From: Eledone cirrhosa
Taxonomy: Eukaryota
Reading direction: 5' to 3'
Length of the DNA: 64,000 nucleotides
NCBI GenBank assembly: GCA_964016885.1
Contig: OZ024750.1
Span: 8,618,001-8,682,000 of the forward strand
Below the pieces are notes generated by a model that did not search any database, was not told the origin of the DNA, and saw nothing but the letters and a program-made list of their open reading frames with translations. Numbering within the stretch: the stretch's first letter is position 1; each line of letters opens with the position of its first letter. A program made the translations under genes and the position numbers. Of this stretch, positions 53,641 to 64,000 are shown piece after piece.

Positions 53641-53782
53641 GTTTGCAAGATTCTTGAAATGTTGAAACCGATATTGTTATATTTGGGGACGGCCATGTTG
53701 CCAAGACATTCAATAAAAAGACACGCACTATTTGATTTCACTTCATTATTATCAAATCCCGCTGAGTATAAGAGAAAGTTGT
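53641..53782 (+). mobile_element. Short repeat, same family as 38881-39100
   Basis: Alignment by eye over ~110 bp. Confidence 0.7.
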
Positions 53783-54238
53783 GTATATATATTGTGTATA
53801 TATATTGTGTATATATATTGTGTGTATATATTGTGTATTGTATATATATATATATATTGTGTATATATATTGTGTATTGTATATATATATATTGTGTATA
53901 TATATATTGTGTATTGTATATATATATATTGTGTATATATATATTGTGTATTGTATATATATATATTGTGTATATATATATTGTGTATTGTATATATATA
54001 TATATATTGTGTATATATATATTGTGTATTGTATATATATATATATATTGTGTATATATATATTGTGTATTGTATATATATATATATATTGTATATATAT
54101 ATATTGTGTATATATATATTGTGTATTGTATATATATATATTGTGTATATATATATTGTGTATATATATTGTGTATTGTATATATGTATTGTGTATATAT
54201 ATTGTATATATATATATATATATATTGTATATATATAT
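53780..54238. repeat. (TTGTG/TA)n compound minisatellite
   Basis: Direct reading. Source of the 159-245 aa spurious ORFs. Confidence 0.92.
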
Positions 54239-54867
54239 TCAGACAGAGGCAGATTTGTAAATCAATCAAAATATTTATACCAAACTTTACTGTAGCTTTT
54301 TGTGGCGAAATACTATCAAGTGTATTGATTTCGTGGTCTAGTATTTATTTATATTATCGTTCCACGAGAGTAGAAATGGGAAATCACACCAATTAATCTT
54401 CTGAACTTATACTATATACGTAAAGAACGTAGTTGCTGCTTTACCAAAATATTTCATATTTGACTCTTCTAAAACGCTACAAATTAAAAAAGTTGCAAGT
54501 TATTCACCTTTCCCACTTTAATATTAAAACAAAAGGTGAATATTGATAGGCGGGGCTGACATTCGGAACCTCCCTTTTCTTCATAAACATACTATTGATT
54601 TATTTTAAAACAAATATGCAGCTGCTGTTTCCGTTCTTATGTGTAACTATATAAACTAAGAGAGACAGTGGTTTCTCGAATAATCCGATGGTTGTTAATG
54701 TAATTGTGTGTGTGTGTATATATATATATATTGTGTGTGTGTATATATATTATATATGCAATGTGTATGTAGTCGAAAGATAAGGAAAATAGTGCTCAAT
54801 ATGTTACAAAAGAGCTTATTTAGTGTAAAGAAAGTGTCATACTTTACATGTTAAATGTAAGAAACTT

Positions 54868-55166
54868 TATATATATGTATATATAATATATATATATGTG
54901 TCTGTGTGTGTGTGTCTATATATGTGTGTGTCTATATATATGTGTGTCTATATATATATGTGTGTGTGTCTGTGTGTCTATATATATATGTGTGTATGTG
55001 TGTGTGTGTCTATATATATGTGTGTGTATAAATGTGTATATCTATATGTGTGTCTATGTATGTGTATAAATGTGTATATCTATATGTGTGTCTATGTATG
55101 TATATGAATGTGTATGTCTATGTGTGTGTCTATGTATGTGTAAGAATGTTTATATCTCTGTGTGTG

Positions 55167-55200
<34 letters not shown>
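54868..55200. repeat. Compound (TG)/(TA)/(TC) low-complexity tract
   Basis: Direct reading. Confidence 0.9.
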
Positions 55201-55203
<3 letters not shown>

Positions 55204-55749
55204 GCACATATATATCTCGATGAAATTGTTTTACAGCAGAATTAGTATATATTACACATAATTATATATAGTTTCGTCTAAGAAAATCGTTCCTATTTCA
55301 GTATTTCATCCCATTTCCATAAAATGTTTATTGAATTTTGAAAGTGTCGCTTATAAGTGATTTTTTTTAAATAATGAAAAATGATTTCCTTCAATACCTA
55401 ATTCTTAAATGTCTCTACCAACTTATGTGAAAGCGTCATTTTATATTTCTGTAAGTATCTTAGTAAAAGTGTCGAAATATATATCAATAAATGGAATGAA
55501 ATCAACAGAATAAAATGTTATTACTTCTAATTTACATTCTATGATGTTTTCATATGAACAGAACTATTTCCAAATAATTGGACTATTTTAAAATGTAATA
55601 CATATCAAAACCGATCTGTCAGCCTTAATATAGACGAGTGTTTTACATTATCATTTTACTAAAACATATTGAAAGTGAGGTAATTTTGTATATACTTACA
55701 CATTTATATAGCGATATATACTAAATCATCATCTTTACTCGATAGGGTA

Positions 55750-56075
55750 TGTAGCTTGGAGATCAGAGAGTAAGCCAAGTAGAGCTGCTACTGCTCCGAA
55801 GTGAGAGATCACAGCTCCGATACTATAGGTATATGGTTAAAATGTCTCGGCGAAGAATCGCTGGACAGATTTTACGGGCAAAAGTCCAACAGGCAGGAGA
55901 CCCAGGGGTAGACTCCGAGCAAGATGGTTGGATAACATCCGTGAGCTCGTCTGGTCTCGCTTATGGGTCTAGCCGAATCAGTTGGAGACGGTTGCTTCTG
56001 ACAGGACCCGCTGGAAGTAGCGTTTGAGGATTCTGTCCCCACGACCCTCTCAGGGCTAAATGGGCGAAGAAGATC
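55750..56075 (+). mobile_element. RTE-clade (Expander/Rex3-like) LINE 3' fragment
   Basis: LLLLRSERSQLRYYRYMVKMSRRRIAGQILRAK, then after a frameshift PTGRRPRGRLRARWLDNIRELVWSRL. Confidence 0.88.
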
Positions 56076-56148
56076 TTTACTCTTTATATCTCATCATCTT
56101 CATAGCTTTCAGATTTTCCTCCTACACACATGTATTCTGATGTTTGTG

Positions 56149-56312
56149 ATCGGTAGAGGTCGGAGGCCATGCTTTCCAGCATAGTTACGTCCCTTTACGG
56201 TTGAGTTCAAATCCCGTCGAGGTTAACTTTGCCTTTCATCCTTACGGTGTCGAAAAATAAAGTACCAGTAATGTACTGGGTAATCGCTGGCCTTGTTCAA
56301 TAGAAACAATTA
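56149..56312 (+). mobile_element. SINE family A
   Basis: B-box, core and tail present. Confidence 0.9.
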
Positions 56313-56609
56313 TTATTTAACCCCATGTAAGTGTACAAGTGTTTCTGATGCAGGGTGATAATCGAAATCGTTCATTCAATGATCATCCTATAAGTTGATA
56401 TATATAGTTTCCTCAAATATTTCCTTTTCATAGACGGCTTTTACAGTTAGTTGTCTGGTGTATTTTGTAGTTATTATACTATGTTTATCCAACAATGCAT
56501 CCCTCTTGAGTTCTCTCACTTTGAATCATATTTACTATTTATTTTCCTCCCCATTCTCTTTCTTTGTCAGATATTTTAAATAACGCATACACACACGCGC
56601 ATATATATA

Positions 56610-56644
<35 letters not shown>

Positions 56645-57639
56645 GACAATTAATTCTAAATCCGTGCCAGAGGCGGTTTCAGAAAAGTTGATTGTGTGTT
56701 CATATTTTGTCGGAACTTCCGTGTACAGCTAAGAAAAAAAGAACGCCTGTGTTCTTTAAGTAATTAATCATCCAAATGCATTAGTAGAGGCATCCTTCTT
56801 ACCACTACCACTACTACTACCACTACCACTTCTACAACTACTACTTCTGCTAAACAGAAAGAAGAAAATAGTTTTTTCGGCATTTTGGAGTTTATTGCCG
56901 CTTCATAATCTGTTTTCTGTATATAAAGGGAGTAGTAGATGGAGTTTACACTTACAAGATCTTTGAAAATGATGGGTTTGAAATAAGACAGTACCCACAT
57001 CGAAAGTTAGAAATTAAGGTGACATGGTAAAGAGACGATCGTTTTAACTACACCATTCTTATCATTGCTTATTTCTTTTCATTTCATCTAACGAAAAGAT
57101 AATCCTTTTAATGGAGATGAATGTAGTTCTGGGAATATGTAATTCAATTCGCTTGTGATGTATATTTTGCTTGTTCCTTAGTTAAAAGAACTAACTCTGA
57201 ATCCAATGAGATTTGTACTCTAAACGATAGAAATACAAATCTAATAAAATATTGCAGTTCACTCGACGCTGTTTAACAACTTTTATATTATTTTGTCATG
57301 GTTTGCATATTATAGACACTTCATATTCCTGTATCGTTATGTATTTATAAAACTGTATCTTTCACAGAATCAGTTTAGCCTACGTTCACATGATAGGGTT
57401 ATGTCTAGAGTTATGTCTATATTCAAGGATTAAAAGTTTACTGCTTCTTTTGATCTTTTTAAATAATTCTGAACTTTTTTGATATATTCCCAAAAAGGAA
57501 ATGTAGATATTTTCTTCTTGATGAAAACATATCTGAGGTTTCATTCTTACCAATAAAATATTGTGTATCCTATTTTGTTTAACAATCTTTTCTCTGGTAA
57601 TTAACAATTGATATGTTATCATAATTTATCTTTTGATAC

Positions 57640-57960
57640 CCGTAGCTCCATCCTGAAGAAAGCGTAGGGGCGCCGTATTGACATAGGGTATTTCTAGGGC
57701 ATTTTTTCAAAGCCTAGCTGAGCCCATCTCCTCTCCAGGTCTGAATACAGCAGATTTTTTCTGAGAAGGATAAAGAGTGAAAGAGATGTAGTGGAAGAAT
57801 CGACCCCAGTACAAGACTGGCAAGTTCTTTTTATTGACCTCGAATAGATGAAAGGCAAAATTAACCTAAACGGGATTTGAACTCAGCGAGCAGATAGCTG
57901 CAATTAATACCGCAAAGTATTCCATCCGAAATGTTATCGACTTTGTCAATTCACCTCCTT
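57640..57960 (-). mobile_element. SINE A-related long-tail subfamily, full length
   Basis: GGGATTTGAACTCAG B-box, with the tail shared with 25967 and 58560. Confidence 0.82.
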
Positions 57961-58559
57961 ATAATTTATCTTAAAATCTTTCTACATTTCTGTATGTACC
58001 TCCCACGTTTTCTCTTCCTAAATGTCTGCAAATATGTTTGCAATTTTCCGATACAAAAGTCACACACAGATGGCAGATATTCTGCAATCATGATAATCTG
58101 CTATTTCTTTAGTATATTTTATTGAATTAAGTTTGAGAACTGCAGTGGCAGTCTCTATAACTAAACTACAAAGTTAATTCTACCTCTCATTACATTGAAG
58201 GTGGAGATATTTTCTATTTTGTTATGTTTGTTTTTTATGTTTCGATATAAATATTTGGGGATGCACAATTAGTACGGTGGTTTTATATCGAATATATTCA
58301 ATCACCTAGTGTGGTCCCTTCGAAACGAATTATATGTTCTCCGCCTGAAACAAAAACACATACATTATTTATTGTAGCTATATTATTTATTTTTTCCTAT
58401 ACTGACCGTCATAAACATCACGAGCTAAGTCCAAAACCTATGCCTAACACTGCTCATTAAATGTTTGAGAGGGAGTATTCTAATATTTAGTGTATAAAAC
58501 GAGCATGTCAATTGTTTGTTATTTCACCGAAATTCAGTTTTCATTTTATGTATAAACAT

Positions 58560-58822
58560 AGGTATTCGGTTCGGCTTTCTGCTCTCTGAGTTCAAATCCC
58601 ACCGAGGTCAACTTTACATTTCATCCATTCGAGGTCGATAAAAAAGTACCAGTCTTGGATCGATTCTTCCTGTATATCTCTTGCTCATTCTCTATCCTTC
58701 TCTCGAAGAAATCTGGTATATTAAGACCTGGAGAGGAGATGAGCTCCGCCAGGGCTTTAAAATGTCCTAGAAACGCCGTGTGTTAATACGGCGTCCCTAT
58801 GACTCCCTCTGAGGTTACGGGA
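58560..58822 (+). mobile_element. SINE A-related long-tail subfamily
   Basis: GAGTTCAAATCCC and core. The tail ends with the hairpin ACGCCGT-gtgttaat-ACGGCGT. Confidence 0.82.
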
Positions 58823-58935
58823 CGATGTATGCATAAACAGTTAACCATAGGCCATCTTGATTTACTTGATTGATAAGGAATACTTAGAATACGAACAGGA
58901 ATCAATTCACATTTCAATGTAGTCGCAGTAACGAT

Positions 58936-59050
58936 AATTGTTTCTACTTTAGGCACAAGGCCAGCAATTACCCAGTGCATTACTGGTACTTTATTTTATC
59001 GACTTCGTAAGGATGAAAGGCTAAGTCAACCTCGGCGGGATTTGAACTCA
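58936..59050 (-). mobile_element. 5'-truncated SINE family A
   Basis: Tail through B-box. GTCGCAGTAACGATAAT at 58922 recurs as TCGCAGTAACGATAAT near 59077. Confidence 0.88.
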
Positions 59051-59745
59051 AACAATTAGAGTTCCCATGCCGGGAATCGCAGTAACGATAATGAAACGCA
59101 TACGGAACTGTCAAGACTGGTTCAAAGATATGTCACATGCACAGTTAATATAATAAATTATTATAGAAATAGAAAACTACAATGAGTTGAAAGGTATAAA
59201 GGTGTTAACGTTGCAGTTAGGTATCACTATTTTCAGACTAGATGAAAGGAATACCAAATAGAAGACTGCTAAGAAAAAAACAGTACTTCAGATTTAATAA
59301 GAAACCATTAAACTATCGGAATGAATTCTCAATATTCTAGATGGACAGTTCACAAATTCCTGAGACAAGCGCTAATGCTTTGAATTCTTCGAGGGCATTA
59401 TTGCAATCCCCTTTCAATCAGAGCGTGTCAAAAATATTTATAGCTTATATTTATAGATTGTAATAACACAGTGCATGTTTTGAGCTGGCAACAATGGTCA
59501 GTATCAAGTACAAAGAAAATGTATATTACTTTTTATGCATCTTAAATCAATTATTTCCTTATAGCGAATCTATGTCGATTTATCGAAATTGTATACTTCC
59601 TATGACGTGAAGCCAGTCTGATTGAGTAGTTATTATAAAAATGAATATTTAGTCATATGCCTTTACATAATCATGCTTGCATTTTATATTTCATGTGCTG
59701 AACATCTGAAACACATCTAACATATTTGAACCAAGTTAGAAATCA

Positions 59746-60408
59746 TTGACTTTGCCATTCATCCTTACGGGGTCGATAAAATAAAGTACCAGTAATGCAC
59801 TGGATAATTGCTGGCCTTGTAGAAACAATTATTACTTTGGTGGAATTGGCAGTATCGGTAGAGGGTTGGACGCCATGCTTTCTAGCATAGTTACGTCCCT
59901 TTAGTCTGAGTTCAAATTCTGCCGAGGTTAACTTTGCCTTTATAAAATAAAGTACCAGTAATGTACTGGGTATTTGCTGGCCTTGTGCCTAAAGTAGAAA
60001 CAATTATTACTTGGTGGTGGATTAGCAGTATCTGTAGAGGGTCGGACATGCTTTCCAGCATAGTTACGTCCCTTTACAATCTGAGTTCAAATCCCGCCGA
60101 GGTTAACTTTGCCTTTTATCCTTACGGGGTCGATAAAGTAAAGTACCAGTAATGTACTGGGTAATTGCTGGTCTTGTGCTAAAAGTAAAAACAATTATTA
60201 CTTTTATTAATAAGGGCGGTGGATTGGCAGTATCGGTAGAGCGTCGGACATCCTGTAGAGTTCTGAGTTCAAATCCTGTCGAGGTTAGCTTTGCCTTTCA
60301 TCCTTATGAGATCGATAAAATAAAGTACCAGGCACTCATTGGGGTCTATTTAAACGACTTTCCCCTGTGCCCAAATTGCTGGCCCTGAGCCTAAAGTAGA
60401 AATCATTA
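59746..60408 (+). mobile_element. Head-to-tail array of four SINE family A copies
   Basis: Copies at ~59746-59831, 59838-60007, 60013-60198 and 60213-60408. Confidence 0.92.
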
Positions 60409-60986
60409 TTAAAGTTGGTCGGGTAATGGATTAGGTTTGCAATTATTTATTCTGGAAATTCTTGACACATGAACACAGACAGAAATAATTATTAATACAA
60501 TTGATACAATGTTGAATCTTTTATAAAGATAGTTCAACATAATAGTTCTACATAATAGAAATATACAACGGGTATAAACAAAGTAAGTAAAATATGTTTC
60601 TGTTGCGTACTGTAGCCCAATTTTTTGTTTAGTTGAATTACCGGTGGAAACAAACAAAAACGGATTGTTTATGGACATACACAACAACACCCACATAAAA
60701 ATATACTCCTGATATGTATAATGAATAAAACATATAGGCAGATATTACTTCGTCTGGTATATTTCGAATAAATTACAAAAATTTATCATGAATTTTTGAG
60801 TTTGTAAAACGAAAATAGAGACAATGAAAACAATATTAGAATTATAGAAATATATTTGTATACTAATAAAAGAAAATGAAATATATATTTTTTCAAAATA
60901 TTGTTATAGTAAATTATATGCTTAGTCTGAGAGAATAGGTGTCTTAATAAAGTTGTATATGTGGTGTAGTAAATAAATATATACAT

Positions 60987-61240
60987 ATACACCAGGTCCG
61001 AACATTATGGAACCAAACTTCCACTGTCATTACCTCTGTCTCTCCCGCTCTAATTATTATAAGCAAATGGAGGTCCACGCGCTGCCGCGGACAGAATGGA
61101 GAAGATGTTTCCCCGGAGGATGATGCGAGACGCGTTGGAAGAATCATTCCAGCTCACGAGGCTATTATTAGTCTTATAATCAAGAAGTAACATATCATTG
61201 AAAACATATATTGAAGGAGATAGTATTGAAATATAGCGCT
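60987..61240 (+). mobile_element. Tc1/mariner-like 5' terminal fragment
   Basis: Begins TA+CACCAGGTCCGAAC. Homologous to 29481-29615. Confidence 0.55.
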
Positions 61241-62695
61241 CACCGTTGTTCATAAAAAAACGGATAGAGATGGTGGGAAAATAGAAGCTAGCCACATAAC
61301 GAATTATTTCATAAGGTCAAATTATGAATGCTGTAATAGAGTTGCTTCATACAGTATACACGGTTCTCCCATATAGCGTATTGTTGATTTTAGCATCTCT
61401 GTGTACTGTGTATATAGCAACAATATCAATACAAGATATATATGCTATCATTTAATTTCAGAATTTGATGAAACCCTTATCGATTAAATAGACCTCGTGT
61501 TGTTTTCAACCGTGAAATATAGCTTCTGGTTGTCTCTATTTTCCGTTCGTTGCACCAGATCATATAACAATATTTTGTCTGGTTTGCAATACCAAGACTT
61601 TGGTTGTTTTGCTACCTGCTCGGCACCATAGAAAACCGATTAGGCTACAACAGTATGTAAAACGATATTATTAGACACGGCTTATTTCAGGATAATTATT
61701 ACGATTAAAGTGTTAATTTCCCATATGATAGGCATATATACATACGTTAATATGAATGTAACAATGACAATCTCTGCGTCTATTTTCACTTGAATCAACG
61801 TCTACTTTCCTGCTGGAAGAGAGGATATAATCGAAAATGATTCGTGGAATTTACACATATGTACAAACACATACATGCATAGAGATTATATGGATATATA
61901 CATATATGTTGACAGACTTAATAAACGTCTCTGAATAACCAATCACAAACATATGTAGCAGGGGGAAATATATTATATTGCCTTTCTGGACTTATCTGGA
62001 ATAGCAATTAAAAACCATGTCACATGACAATATTTTAAAGATGTAGTTAGTATGGAGAAATGTTAACTAAATCATTTTCTTCGTGCTAAACGGTTATCTG
62101 ACATGTGTTACTAAATAGTTCTCTAAAGATAATATTATGCATTATAATAACAAACTATCAAAGTAATAGGGAAGCAAATCCTGTCGTCCATCTTTAGAAA
62201 TTCCTATCTTTAATATAGGCAGTTTATAATTGCTATTTCACAGAAACCTCATTTCAACAATGAAAACAGGAATACCGATATCAGCATCTACATAAGATTA
62301 GTATTATGTTTATTCAATCATAAACTAAGAGTGTATATCGTAATTACAATGGCGGTATGTAGTGTTATCGTATATTATGACGGAGGAAAGCGCTTGGGAT
62401 AGAAAGTATATAACAGACATGAAGTAAATGAGATGCTTTAGAAAAAGAAATGATGAAAATTAAGTATTTTATTTTAACCCAGGTATGCTTATATAAAATA
62501 TTGTATTATACAAATATATCGGAGTTAAAATCCATGGTCCGCTTGCTCGTGTAACACGGATGCTAATATTTGTAATAATTAAAATAAAATTAAAAGAATT
62601 TATACCAAATTATGGTTTCCAGCTTTAGCACAAGGTCATTGAATGATTAAGTACGATTATATAGCGTATTAAATCGTGAAAACATAACACAACAC

Positions 62696-62733
<38 letters not shown>

Positions 62734-63674
62734 GTGTGTGTATAAGCAAGTATTGTACCAAGAAAATAAAACCTCGGCGTGAAGAGATTATGAATTTATT
62801 TGCTTTAACATAAGTTTCTATGTCGATTGTAAATTGTCTACATATGCTGACTACAATATATATTGTTCAATCATTCATTCCGGATATACATAAACAAAAC
62901 CTTATCTACCTAAGTATATATATATATTTATGTGTGTGTATATATATATATTTATGTGTGTGTATATATATATATGTGTGTGTGTGTGCATATATAAATA
63001 GTTATGTGTGTGTATGTATATATATATATTTATGTGTGTGTGTTTGTATATATGTGAAAATATATATTTAGCTGTTTAAGTATTTTGTGTCATAACACAA
63101 CTTTGTTTCAACTATCTCGGTTCGATAAAATAAATCTAGCGAAAATTTAAAATAAGTCTTATATTTCTCCTAAAAATTGTTATATTTTCATTAAAATAGT
63201 GAAATTCATTCAAACCATTTTCCTTTTATGTGTATTTCACTCTACATACCTTATCGTGCATTATTCCTCTCTTTGAAGTAAGAAATTATACAGCAATCTT
63301 AAACAGCTATTGTAGATGACTAAATTCAAAATATCCGTAATTGCTTCAATTTATTGCATGTAATTTTGTTATGACATTTTAACCGATGCGGAATATTATT
63401 AAATGTTGCTTTTGAATGTATTAAAATGAAGCATAAAATAATGTAAGCTGTATCTGAATTTCAACAAGGAATCTGAAATTGTTTTCATAATTGCTTGGAA
63501 TCTTACATCGGCATTTTCTGTTATTTCGAAAGCCTTTATCAAAATACAAAAATAAATAATATTTCAGGCAAATATATTTCTGTTTGAAATGTGGCGATAA
63601 TGCATGATAAAGAAAAAGATGAAAGAATATGTATGACAAGAAGAATATTTTGAAGTATGTGTATTTATATGTAT

Positions 63675-63885
63675 CTAGGGCGGGTAAAATTCCCGAGATC
63701 CATGAACGAGTTCTCTCCAGCGGTCTCTGTCCCTCATTATCGCTGCCATGTCCTGCGTCTCCAACAGACCAGTGTCTGTCCTTAGGGCATCAACATACGT
63801 AAACATTGGTCTTCCTCTTCCAGTGTGTCCATGTAAGGGCTCCCACAGGAACACTGAGTGCAATGTCAACTCTGGATGTCTGTGT
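63675..63885 (-). mobile_element. RTE-clade LINE 3' end
   Basis: RHPELTLHSVFLWEPLHGHTGRGRPMFTYVDALRTDTGL...MRDRDRWR. Confidence 0.9.
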
Positions 63886-63906
63886 CACTTTTGAGCTGAC
63901 TTTTGG

Positions 63907-64000
63907 GAGAACGGCTTCAGAGAGGCAAGATCAACTACCAGTCACATCCTGATGCTGAGATGGATATTAGAGGGAGCTAGAGCAAAGTGCCTTCCTGCGG
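63907..64000 (+). mobile_element. RTE-clade RT domain fragment, inverted relative to the adjacent 3' end and running off the window
   Basis: ENGFREARSTTSHILMLRWILEGARAKCLPA matches the RT motif QNGFR..RST...IL.LR.I.EG...KNLPA. Confidence 0.88.

Noticed and set aside
53577-54396. Longest ORFs in the window (159-245 aa)
   Set aside because: Read-through of a stop-free TA/TG minisatellite, open in several frames and on both strands.
56343-56378. CTGATGC...GAAATCGTTC hammerhead-like string
   Set aside because: A9 is lost and stem I is absent.

Overview
This is AT-rich eukaryotic non-coding DNA. The microsatellite load and SINE repertoire resemble a coleoid cephalopod (Octopus-like) genome, which is an inference from recalled repeat sequences rather than a search. 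No host protein-coding exon can be supported: nearly all listed ORFs are microsatellite read-throughs or decayed transposon sequence. The window holds over 20 copies of a tRNA-derived SINE superfamily with three tail variants and a CORE-like SINE family. It also holds decayed LINE pieces (RTE, R4/Dong-like, CR1-like), Tc1/mariner remnants, a hAT MITE, and multi-kb AT-only arrays. The most notable signal is a set of ribozyme-like motifs in short inserts embedded in (TA)n tracts. The clearest is a 1.15-kb ORF-less element (14325-15474) whose 113-bp inverted arms each fold as a type I hammerhead with a variant core. A shorter relative lies at 5474-5903. Several Penelope-type minimal hammerheads occur, one with a U3-A8 swap, along with a decayed HDV-like fold at 41821-41936. 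Coordinates of decayed repeats are approximate.
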